Origin: Deltaproteobacteria bacterium | GTDB taxonomy: Bacteria; Bdellovibrionota; FAC87; UBA2466 | Direction: 5' to 3' | Assembly (NCBI GenBank): GCA_900299195.1 | Contig: OMIX01000089.1 | Location: 2,892-66,891 of the forward strand | DNA length: 64,000 nucleotides | Shown: positions 9,242 to 17,777 of the stretch, one piece after another | Layout of the letters: each line of letters opens with the position of its first letter | Position numbering within the stretch: position 1 is the stretch's first letter | The notes under the pieces: generated by a model | What the model saw: only the letters and a program-made list of their open reading frames with translations | What the model was told of the DNA's origin: nothing | Database searches by the model: none | Translations under genes and position numbers: made by a program

Positions 9242-10996
9242 TTCCTGAATTTGCTCAAAAAACTTTTCGTCCCACAAGTAATTAGGATCGTAGGGATAAC
9301 TTACCATGGACATTATTCGACGATAATAATCTTCTTCTTCTCGTGTTCCTCTGATTTGAGCTTTTATCGGCTGACTATCTTGAGGAAGACTTTCTAAAAT
9401 ATCTTCTAACCCATCATAAATTTTGGGCACTTTGAAAAGTTGCGGAGACCGGAAAAGTGGAAAGAAAGATACTTCCGAAGAGATAGCGCTTTCAATCACG
9501 GCTGAGGAATCATTACAAATACCGACATAGGCATAACCATCTGAGGGATAATCCTTAGCATAAAGCTGGGCCTCTTTGCGAATTCGTCTTAAGTAAAGTT
9601 CAGCGTATCGAGTTGCCTTTTTGATGATGGCTCTATTTTGAGGAGAATTATCAAAAATCTGAAACCGATGGGCTAGGCCGGTCCATTGAGGCCTTTCCTC
9701 GTCAAATTTCGGGAAAAACCCTACCCCGCTAATACCCAAGAAAAAATTCACCCGAGCATTAACGACAGGTCCCGTCACTTGCCAAACAAATTGGGAATGA
9801 GGGGCGGGTAAAAGCAATTCATCACCTGACATCGATTGGATTTGAGTTTTAAACCAAACGGGCCATCGAATATATTTTTCCCCTCTTGCGTAAGATAGAA
9901 AATTCGCAAAGGTTCTCTCATCTCGTAATTCAATGTGATGCCCCGTAGCCCACAAGAGTTCCAAAAACTCGTTCAACTGGGTCACTTTCATTCGTTCGTT
10001 GCCTTCAAAAGGAAAAGATAGCTCATACCCTTTTTGCTCAGCTAGAGCGGTCATAACTGAACTTAAAGCTAAATTTTGAGCCATCATCTTTAAAGGGACC
10101 GATTCTGAGACAAAATGGCCGTAACCGATATTGGGTAATTTGGGATCAACAGCCTGCAATTTTGGATAAGAAGTAAACTCATTACTTGCAATGACATCTT
10201 CCCACTGAGCAGGTAAGAGACTGTTTTCAGAACCTGCTTTCTTCTTTCCGATAAACTTAGATAAATAGGGTCTTAGGAGATTCAATTGATTGACCGAAGG
10301 TAATGTTGGAAATCGGGCTAGAGCTTTTCCATCTTTTTTTGAGAGAACTTGGGTGACTTGACTCACCAGCTTTTGCATTTCCTCTCCAGGAACTGTGTTC
10401 AGCTTCAAAAACTGTGTGAGTTTTTCTGAAAAAACTCTAAGTTCCTCAGGCTGGAGCCCTCGAATAAACTCAGCAAGAGATAATTCAGGACGACCACACC
10501 CCGCTACGCACTCCACGTTCCATAAATCATGGCTCTTAGGAACCACTAAAAGGTAGTTACCGCTCTTTTCAAGTTCGACATGATAAATGAGCTGCTTTTT
10601 AGAGGAACTGGCTCCAGGAGATACCTCTTTAAAAAACCTCTCTTTGTGGTCCGATTCTTTTTTGATTAAAATGTGAGACGTTTTGCTTTCATCGATAAAA
10701 TCTTTGGAAGGCACCACCTTGATTTTTAGTCGGGTATTGCCGAACGAATGATATCGATAGGAGACTTGGATATCTTCAGGAAAATTCTTTTGATTGAGAA
10801 CTAAATTAAAATCTAGAGGGAATTGAAGCTTTGGTTCACCTCTATCTAAGCTATCGGCCCACAGAAGGGAACCACTCAAAACGAAAGTGAATGCGAAAAT
10901 AAAAAGACGATACGCCTTAGGTATCCCAAGCCTCAAAAACACGACTGACCTCCTGAAAAGCAAACGCAAATTAAGGCATTTGCTGCATCGGGTCAA
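9227..10996 (-). CDS. Hypothetical exported protein (589 aa)
   Basis: N-terminal hydrophobic anchor or signal, no recognized domain. Lies 14 bp downstream of the small Cys/Arg-rich ORF on the same strand. Confidence 0.55.
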   Translation of the reverse strand: MTRCSKCLNLRLLFRRSVVFLRLGIPKAYRLFIFAFTFVLSGSLLWADSLDRGEPKLQFPLDFNLVLNQKNFPEDIQVSYRYHSFGNTRLKIKVVPSKDFIDESKTSHILIKKESDHKERFFKEVSPGASSSKKQLIYHVELEKSGNYLLVVPKSHDLWNVECVAGCGRPELSLAEFIRGLQPEELRVFSEKLTQFLKLNTVPGEEMQKLVSQVTQVLSKKDGKALARFPTLPSVNQLNLLRPYLSKFIGKKKAGSENSLLPAQWEDVIASNEFTSYPKLQAVDPKLPNIGYGHFVSESVPLKMMAQNLALSSVMTALAEQKGYELSFPFEGNERMKVTQLNEFLELLWATGHHIELRDERTFANFLSYARGEKYIRWPVWFKTQIQSMSGDELLLPAPHSQFVWQVTGPVVNARVNFFLGISGVGFFPKFDEERPQWTGLAHRFQIFDNSPQNRAIIKKATRYAELYLRRIRKEAQLYAKDYPSDGYAYVGICNDSSAVIESAISSEVSFFPLFRSPQLFKVPKIYDGLEDILESLPQDSQPIKAQIRGTREEEDYYRRIMSMVSYPYDPNYLWDEKFFEQIQELAIP

Positions 10997-11009
10997 TACA
11001 CTATTTTAG

Positions 11010-11246
11010 CTAGCAGATACGACGACAGCGGGTTCGGCATCGAACTCTAGCTACCGAGTAACATCGCACCCGTTTCACGCATCTAGAAACCGGCCGAACG
11101 CACCTTCGAGCACAAGGTCTAGCCCTAACAACGGGCGCACAGCCATGGCTTCCACATCTAGCTTCTGCCGGTGTAGGCGCTAATGTAGCTAAAGTTACTC
11201 CGACTAAAAACAACCCTTTAATCGTATTTTTACCAATACTTAACAC
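11010..11246 (-). CDS. Small secreted Cys/Arg-rich cationic peptide (78-aa precursor)
   Basis: GTG start preceded by AGAGGGG SD at about 8 nt. Canonical signal peptide (LFLVGVTLATLAPTPAEA) with AXA cleavage site. Mature 49 aa has 10 Cys and 13 Arg. Confidence 0.45.
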   Translation of the reverse strand: MLSIGKNTIKGLFLVGVTLATLAPTPAEARCGSHGCAPVVRARPCARRCVRPVSRCVKRVRCYSVARVRCRTRCRRIC

Positions 11247-11273
11247 AGTTTTACCCCTCTATTAATTCCAACT

Positions 11274-11307
11274 CCTAGGTGAGAACTGATTGAAAGTTCT
11301 CACTAGG
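11274..11307. promoter_or_regulatory. Near-perfect 13/14-bp inverted repeat (cctaggtgagaact N7 agttctcactagg) in the leader of the small peptide gene
   Basis: Seen directly. It sits about 25 nt upstream of the SD on the transcribed strand and is not followed by a U-run, so an operator or 5-prime-UTR structure is more likely than a terminator. Confidence 0.4.
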
Positions 11308-11519
11308 TTCCGTCTGGGCTAAGAGCAATGAATGTACCAAACTAAAAATAGGTTATCTTCGAAGGTTACAATTGTCCTATAGGTGGGCAAACGAAAACTT
11401 GTTAAACAATTTCATTAAAAGCGACAAAATTTGTTACTTTGTGGAACCCAATGGGACCGGACCGTAGCGTTCAGATTTGGATTACCTAGCTACTTCGAAA
11501 AGTGCTTTCCTTCCGCTGA

Positions 11520-12356
11520 TTAGGTTTCAATTTCGATTTCAAGCGCACATTTCAAAATAAAATCAATTTCGGATTCATCCAACGAAAGCAAGACTGAAGC
11601 AAGATCTTCTTCCATGTGTTTAGGCTGGGTAGTTCCAGTCAGAGGCAACATTCCTACTTGTCGAGCAAAAGCAAAAATAATTTGTGCGGGAGTAGCTCCT
11701 CGTTTTTTTGCCATGTCTATCACTTGAGGAAATTGCATCACAAACGGATTGGCTGTGAGAAGAGAAAAACCCTGGTAAGTTATCCTGTGGGCTGCACATA
11801 TTTTTCTCACATGAAAATCCCATCCGGTTTGAGCAAAACATCGATTTTGAACCACTTGAGGTTTGATCCGTGACTTTTCTACCAACTCTGTCAATTGGAG
11901 ATGATTAACATTACTTACTCCAATTTGTTTTGCTTTTCCTTTGTCGTAAACTTTCTCTAAAGCTTCCCAAACTTGCCAATCTTCTTCCCCCAAGTTCGGA
12001 TGATGATAAGGGCCGTGAAGCAAATAAGAATCTAGGTACTCGACTTTTAAATGGTCTAGAGACTTTTCAATCGATTGCTCGACTTGAGTTTTGATTGGCG
12101 CTGTTGGATCGTAAGGAACGCGATGATCTTGCCCCCCGATTGGAGTAAATTTCGTTTGAATAAAAATACTTTCTCTACGATGCCCCTCTTTAAAATAATG
12201 TGCTAAGGCTTCTCCCACTAGAGGTTCGGTGTAGTGCTTAGACTGATTGGCAGTGTCTATTGCGACGAACCCTTTTTTAAGCGCTAATGCTACCAAGTCT
12301 TGGGTTCGTTCCTTTTTCCATGCTGTTCCGTACATTAAAGAAAATTTCACAAACAT
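11520..12356 (-). CDS. Aldo/keto reductase family oxidoreductase
   Basis: AKR N-terminal pattern (GTAWKKE..., AIDTANQSKHYTE), 278 aa. Confidence 0.85.
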   Translation of the reverse strand: MFVKFSLMYGTAWKKERTQDLVALALKKGFVAIDTANQSKHYTEPLVGEALAHYFKEGHRRESIFIQTKFTPIGGQDHRVPYDPTAPIKTQVEQSIEKSLDHLKVEYLDSYLLHGPYHHPNLGEEDWQVWEALEKVYDKGKAKQIGVSNVNHLQLTELVEKSRIKPQVVQNRCFAQTGWDFHVRKICAAHRITYQGFSLLTANPFVMQFPQVIDMAKKRGATPAQIIFAFARQVGMLPLTGTTQPKHMEEDLASVLLSLDESEIDFILKCALEIEIET

Positions 12357-13597
12357 TGTCCTTTCAATTCATGCCATTCTTTTTGAAGTCGATCTCTGTC
12401 TTCTGGATGAGCCAAAGAAATCATCGCTTTGACCCGTTGAGAAATATTTTTTCCAAAAAGGTTTACAGCTCCAAATTCAGTCACAACATGGTGAACGTGG
12501 GCACGAGTCGTCACTACCCCGGCACCTCGTTTTAAAGAAGATACAATTCGGGATTGCCCCGATTTCGCTCGAGAAGTAAGTGCAATAATAGCCTTGCCAC
12601 CTTCGGACAAAGATGCCCCTCGGACGAAATCCATTTGCCCCCCGACTCCAGAAATGATTTTGGGGCCTATCGAATCGGCACACACTTGACCGGTAAGATC
12701 AATCTCAACGGCACTATTCACTGCGACCATTTTAGGGTTTTTCAAAATCACACTCGGGTTGTTAACATAACTGGATTCCACTTGAATCACTGAAGGATTG
12801 TCATGAACAAACTGATACAGTCGGCGGGTTCCCATCATGAAAGATGAAACCGTTTTTCCAGGATGCTTCCTCTTTTTTGAATTATCGACTGCTCCGCATT
12901 CGATTAAATCTAAAACTCCATCTGACCACATCTCGGTATGAATGCCTAAGTGTTTGTGGTTTTTTAGAAAACTTGCAACCGCATCCGGAATCGCACCAAT
13001 TCCAAACTGAAGAGTCGAACCATCCTCAATGAGATCCGCGACATTTTTTCCGATTAATGTTTCGTTTTCTTTCAACTGTACTCGTGGGAACTCAGGCAAT
13101 TTTTCATCCACTTCGATGGTCGCATGAAATCGACTTTGGTGAATGAATCCATCCCCATGAACCCTGGGCATCTGGGGGTTGATTTGAGCAATCATACAAC
13201 GAGCGGTCTCAACCGCAGATTTAGCCACATCGACACTCACCCCAAGTGAACACCACCCCTTGCTATCAGGGGGTGAGACATGAATCAGTGCCACATCGAT
13301 CGGCAGTATCCCCGTTCGAAACAGGCTGGGTATTTCTGATAAAAAACAAGGAAGGTAATCGAACCGTTCACAATCCTGCTTTTTTCTTAAGTTAGAGCCC
13401 AAAAAGAGACTATTCACTCTAGTGTTATCTTTAAAGGAATCTTCCGCGTAGGAAAGAGCCCCTTCCGTGTGGAGATGAATAAATTCTAAGTTTTTGTGAC
13501 TACTCCAAACTGGATGAAGTCGCTTTAGTAGCGCTTGAGGAGTCGCTGCCCCCCCGTGAACAAAAATGCGTTGGTTAGAATGAAACAAAGATTCCAT
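12347..13597 (-). CDS. Acetyl-CoA hydrolase/transferase family protein (4-hydroxybutyrate or succinyl-CoA:acetate CoA-transferase-like)
   Basis: Two-domain CoA-transferase architecture, about 416 aa, overlaps the downstream AKR by 10 nt. Confidence 0.7.
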   Translation of the reverse strand: MESLFHSNQRIFVHGGAATPQALLKRLHPVWSSHKNLEFIHLHTEGALSYAEDSFKDNTRVNSLFLGSNLRKKQDCERFDYLPCFLSEIPSLFRTGILPIDVALIHVSPPDSKGWCSLGVSVDVAKSAVETARCMIAQINPQMPRVHGDGFIHQSRFHATIEVDEKLPEFPRVQLKENETLIGKNVADLIEDGSTLQFGIGAIPDAVASFLKNHKHLGIHTEMWSDGVLDLIECGAVDNSKKRKHPGKTVSSFMMGTRRLYQFVHDNPSVIQVESSYVNNPSVILKNPKMVAVNSAVEIDLTGQVCADSIGPKIISGVGGQMDFVRGASLSEGGKAIIALTSRAKSGQSRIVSSLKRGAGVVTTRAHVHHVVTEFGAVNLFGKNISQRVKAMISLAHPEDRDRLQKEWHELKGQCL

Positions 13598-13650
13598 GCA
13601 AACAATATATCGAACGGGGTCTTAACTGGAAAGTTAAGACCCCAAACTTT

Positions 13651-14988
13651 TTACTGTTTCTGAATGGGTGGACCCGATTTCTCTGGAACATCCTTCAATT
13701 CAAAACTGTCGGTCTGAGGAATTTCCTCCGACTTCTGCTGTTTCAGTTGAGATTTCGAAGGTACCTGAGTTTCAGGAATGACTTTCTCCGATGCCTTCAC
13801 CGAAGTGATTGGAGCCGCAGGGGCACTTCCCCATCCCAATGCTAACGAGGCCAAATATCTTCGGCTCTCTCTTCGATTGCCTTCACTAGTCTCCTCACCG
13901 TAAGTCGCTAAATCTAGCCTTAAAGCATAGAGATTGATTCCAAGTCCGGCCGAGAGATATCCCTGATTAAGACCAGCTCTCACTGAGAATCTCCCCATGG
14001 GAACCTCGACCCCCAAGTGAAGTTTCTTAACAAAATCTCCGGTTCTAGCCCCAAAGTCTGCCCGGTTTTCTCCCCCTAAAGAAATATCAGAAATGTCGGC
14101 TAGCACATGGAAGTTATCAATGAAGGAAAATCCTTCAAAAGCGGTATACCAACCCAAGTTAACCGTTCGAACAAGACCTGGAGCCCCGGCGTTTTGTTTA
14201 GCAATCGCAAACTGAGTTGCTAACAAATTACTCAAAACAATCGAAGCTCGACTTAACACCCCAAAAGGAAGTTGTTTTATCTCGTAAGTCGCTCCTAAAT
14301 CAAGATCGACTCCCATCCCACTTCCCCCGATTTTAGCCGGATCAAAATCGATGGCAGAACTATTGTTATATTCGGCAAGAGTAAAGGGTTTTCTGCCAGC
14401 CCCTCGCAACAAACCTTTCAGATTTGCGCCTAGATGTAAGTTGGAATCGAAAAATGATTGGGCATATCCAATGAGCAGTCCCGAATCGCTGATGAAAGAC
14501 ATCTCGGCCACTTCAGTATTCACATCAGCCAAACTAGCGATGTCTGAACTGGATTTCAGAATATTAAAATTGAGTTTGGTATCGGCTAATAAAAGTCCCA
14601 CCGCAAGATTTTTGGTTAGAAAATAGGGTAAAAGCCCCACACTTCCAAACATAGGTTTTTCTTTATGTTTGTCTAATCGATTGATGGCCTGATTAATGTT
14701 GAGATCTCCCAGATCTTTGAAATCATTAAAACCAGAAATGGCATTGGAAGACACATTCCCATTCACTCTCAACATCACTTCAGTGCCACTGCGTCTTAAA
14801 CTTAAACCAGCCGGATTCGAAAAGAGTGCGTATTCATCCTCTGAAATTCCATAGAAGGCTCCGCCCATTCCCATGGACCTTGGGCTGCGTGAAAGACTGT
14901 AAAATTCTTTCACTGCAAATAAGGGGTAAGAAAAAAAAGTTAAACCTAATAGGATAACAAAAAGGTGTTTCATGGAGATCTCTCTCAA
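13651..14988 (-). CDS. Outer-membrane beta-barrel protein, FadL/TodX-like (paralog A), with a low-complexity C-terminal tail
   Basis: Signal peptide. N-terminal motif RSMGMGGAFYG...DEYALFSNPAGLSL resembles the FadL GLGRAYSG...NPA region. Alternating amphipathic strands. Paralogous to the 37702-39144 ORF. Confidence 0.5.
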   Translation of the reverse strand: MREISMKHLFVILLGLTFFSYPLFAVKEFYSLSRSPRSMGMGGAFYGISEDEYALFSNPAGLSLRRSGTEVMLRVNGNVSSNAISGFNDFKDLGDLNINQAINRLDKHKEKPMFGSVGLLPYFLTKNLAVGLLLADTKLNFNILKSSSDIASLADVNTEVAEMSFISDSGLLIGYAQSFFDSNLHLGANLKGLLRGAGRKPFTLAEYNNSSAIDFDPAKIGGSGMGVDLDLGATYEIKQLPFGVLSRASIVLSNLLATQFAIAKQNAGAPGLVRTVNLGWYTAFEGFSFIDNFHVLADISDISLGGENRADFGARTGDFVKKLHLGVEVPMGRFSVRAGLNQGYLSAGLGINLYALRLDLATYGEETSEGNRRESRRYLASLALGWGSAPAAPITSVKASEKVIPETQVPSKSQLKQQKSEEIPQTDSFELKDVPEKSGPPIQKQ

Positions 14989-15087
14989 AGTGTCTCTGGG
15001 TTAGTGTAAAAGGCATATTATGCCACAGACTAAACCCAAAGAAAAAAACAATACTGAAAAGTTACCACCTTAATACGTTAAGCTCTT

Positions 15088-16038
15088 TTAAAAATCTTTG
15101 GATAACTCGAGGCTATGAGAAAAAGCGATGTCAGACCACTTGAAGATCTCTGGACGATTGGATCGATGAGTCAGAAAAAGCAAACCGGTTTTTTGGTTTG
15201 GATTTTCATGAAATAGGGCACAGATTTCTTTTCCCGTTTTATCTTTGATGATTTGAACATTTTCTGGCAATTGTCCGGTTTGGAAGTATTGATTCAAAAT
15301 TTGGTTTCTCTTTAAAGTGTAACCTTCAGGGGGATTCCATGCGCTTCCGATTAAACGAGTAAAAGCATCGACGGAATCGGGTCGATACTCTTCAGGTAAC
15401 TCTTTCCGAGCAAAGGAGTAAAGCGCTTGAATCTCCTCCATGATAGCTTTTGAGGCCTCAGTGGAAGGCTCCATCCCGATCGCTCTTTTGTAGAGCATCA
15501 CCACACCGAAATGCTGCTGACTATCCGTGACCATTCTGCGATATCCGCCAGCTTTTAGCATCTCGATCATTTGATTTTTTACATGGAGAAAAACTTCAAT
15601 TGGAAGTCCTTTTCTAAGTTGATCGGCATTCAATTTATTGGGGGCCTGGGGCGCTAAGGGGTTTTCTAAGACTAGTCCATCGACCGAAATAGATTCAGGT
15701 TTGGTTTCATCGGGAATTAAAGTAACGTGAACGTAAACTCGTCCCGCAACTTCCCCATTAATTCGTAATCGACCTGTGGGTAAATATTCCAGCCTCAGAG
15801 AAAAAGGGCCTTTCTTACTTTCCACTTCCTTCACGAACGCTTCTGGGAACAACTGAGCCGTCGAAAGTTTTAGATTTCTTTCCTTAAATTGCCAAGGTTC
15901 AAAAGCATTGGGCTTAGAATCAGAAGAGCTAAGCGCAACTTTAGAAAAAATATAGTCACAGTCAGCATAGGAAGGCTCTCCCCCCACCCATGCAATCCCT
16001 AAAAGAAAAATCAAATGGTAAAGCTTCGCCTTTTGCAC
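15088..16038 (-). CDS. Hypothetical secreted protein
   Basis: Signal peptide (LIFLLGIAWVGG), no recognized domain. Confidence 0.55.
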   Translation of the reverse strand: MQKAKLYHLIFLLGIAWVGGEPSYADCDYIFSKVALSSSDSKPNAFEPWQFKERNLKLSTAQLFPEAFVKEVESKKGPFSLRLEYLPTGRLRINGEVAGRVYVHVTLIPDETKPESISVDGLVLENPLAPQAPNKLNADQLRKGLPIEVFLHVKNQMIEMLKAGGYRRMVTDSQQHFGVVMLYKRAIGMEPSTEASKAIMEEIQALYSFARKELPEEYRPDSVDAFTRLIGSAWNPPEGYTLKRNQILNQYFQTGQLPENVQIIKDKTGKEICALFHENPNQKTGLLFLTHRSNRPEIFKWSDIAFSHSLELSKDF

Positions 16039-16183
16039 CCGGACAACCCTTTCTAAAGCTCAGTAGCTTTAAGAAGTCTCGAGCGGAATGCAAAATTCGA
16101 TACCAAGTCACATAGGCACTTAAAGGTAAGGCAACCATGACTGTGGTTTCCACAGTCTGACAAAAAAGGTCAGCAGAAATAAA

Positions 16184-16804
16184 TCATTGGAAAGCTAAGG
16201 GCTCATAGTGGACTGATTTTTTAGGGAAAGGCCTATCTTTCAGTTTTTTAGCCGGAACCCCACCCCAAACCTCAAATGGACCCACATCTTTAGTCACTAC
16301 ACTCCCAGCAGCAATGACGGCACCAGACCCGATCGTTACGCCTGGCAAAATCACACAACGGGCACCAATCCAAACGTCAGAACCGATACTGACAGGGGCA
16401 GATGAAAAACCTTGCTGATACATGGGAATATCTGAGCGTTCAAAAGAATGGTTAGCCGTTGTGATATAGGAATAAGCTCCAATCATCACGAAATCACCCA
16501 TTGATAAAGAATCATAAACTCCTAAATGGGTATTTCTTCCGATAAAAAAATTCTTTCCTATCTTTAATTTCGGTTTTGCGTCAACTTCGGATGCAATCCA
16601 AATATTAACTTGTTTTTCAATTCTTCCTGGGCCTTCAATCGAAATATAAGGATAGGGAGATTTTTTGCCAATAAACTCTATGTCTCTCTCAGCGTTAATT
16701 TTAGCTAAGTCGAGTTGTTTGAACCAACGTTTGCGATCGTAATAATAGTTCCACTTGTGAAAACCAGCTCGTAATAGGTCTAAAGGATTAAAATAGGCTA
16801 ACAT
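16184..16804 (-). CDS. Hexapeptide-repeat (left-handed beta-helix) acetyltransferase
   Basis: Tandem hexapeptide repeats (IGSDVWIGARCVILPGVTIGSGAVIAAGSVV), about 206 aa, typical of sugar O-acetyltransferases. Confidence 0.85.
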   Translation of the reverse strand: MLAYFNPLDLLRAGFHKWNYYYDRKRWFKQLDLAKINAERDIEFIGKKSPYPYISIEGPGRIEKQVNIWIASEVDAKPKLKIGKNFFIGRNTHLGVYDSLSMGDFVMIGAYSYITTANHSFERSDIPMYQQGFSSAPVSIGSDVWIGARCVILPGVTIGSGAVIAAGSVVTKDVGPFEVWGGVPAKKLKDRPFPKKSVHYEPLAFQ

Positions 16805-17039
16805 ATTTGATCAATTTTAAGTTTAGATCATAGTATCAGATGGAATCGGTATTTCCATAAAACTTCTAGAACTCGGAGAAAAAAGTGAGACGTGATGAAT
16901 AGAATCGGATTAGGCTTCGCAATGCGCCGTGCGCCCTGACTTGATATTTTTCTCAATCTAAGGGGTGTCATTTTTTTTGACAGTCAACTTTAACTTAGAC
17001 GGTCCCTAAACACGTTTTACAAATCACATATTTCTATGG

Positions 17040-17753
17040 GTGTATTCTAGGCTTAAAATCACTGGATTTTATTTTGCAGCTTCCTCTAAGTGGGGGGGCG
17101 CTGTATCTGTTCAGCGCGATTCAATCATGTATAGCCTTTCGATTCCGCTGCCATTCACACTGTTTTTTCTTTTTCAGTTTTTGTTCTATTCCAACACCCG
17201 TGGGAATGATCACGGTCCCGATTCGAAACAATCGAACCCATCTTTTAGTGCCAGCGATTTTGAATGTGTGAAATCTGAAAATGGATTTCGTCCCCGACAC
17301 AAAGAGATAAAAAAGCCCCTGGGTGCGGGAACTTTTAAAACTCTAGAAACCTGTAAACAAGCAATCAAGGTTTCAAAAAACGATATCGTTTGTGCGTCTA
17401 CCGGGCTCCCAGGAGGATTCAAACCTACTTTCAAAGCTGGGGTCACTCCATCCCGGCCAGATTGGGGATATGTCGGTGGTTCATCAATGACGCTTGAAGC
17501 CTGTCTTTTTGCCACAGAACAATCTCTGCCATCATCTATTTGTTTCTTTGGAGGAAAAGACGGCGTAACTGTCGGAGGTCCCGAAACCCCAGGTTGGTAT
17601 GCAACCCATCCCTCGGGCAATAAAAGCCGAAAAGGTGGCCCCTATGAATCTCTCCAAAAATGTGTCGAAGCGACTCATATAAAGTTCGAAGAGGACAAAA
17701 AACAGTTGAGGGGACTTTTTGAAAGTCTGCCCGATTCTGAAATCGCCCAATAG
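17040..17753 (+). CDS. Hypothetical secreted protein with three internal Cys-containing repeats
   Basis: Hydrophobic N-terminus. Likely true start near 17128 (MYSLSIPL...). Three repeats of G..t/sLExC..A (FKTLETCKQA / MTLEACLFAT / YESLQKCVEA). Confidence 0.45.
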   Translation: MYSRLKITGFYFAASSKWGGAVSVQRDSIMYSLSIPLPFTLFFLFQFLFYSNTRGNDHGPDSKQSNPSFSASDFECVKSENGFRPRHKEIKKPLGAGTFKTLETCKQAIKVSKNDIVCASTGLPGGFKPTFKAGVTPSRPDWGYVGGSSMTLEACLFATEQSLPSSICFFGGKDGVTVGGPETPGWYATHPSGNKSRKGGPYESLQKCVEATHIKFEEDKKQLRGLFESLPDSEIAQ

Positions 17754-17777
17754 TTTTGCAAAAGGAGATTTACAGCT

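Noticed and set aside
11010-11250. The GC-rich island was considered as a structured ncRNA (tmRNA, RNase P, SRP-like).
   Set aside because: No conserved motifs of those RNAs were seen. The region has a clean ORF with SD, signal peptide and AXA cleavage site, and the GC-richness is explained by Arg (CGN) and Cys/Ala/Pro codons.
16805-17040. Intergenic stretches (16805-17040, 26124-26400, 40581-40820, 54035-54405) scanned for CRISPR repeats, riboswitches or IS termini.
   Set aside because: No regularly spaced direct repeats, no recognizable riboswitch cores, no terminal inverted repeats with transposase ORFs. These look like ordinary AT-rich promoter regions.
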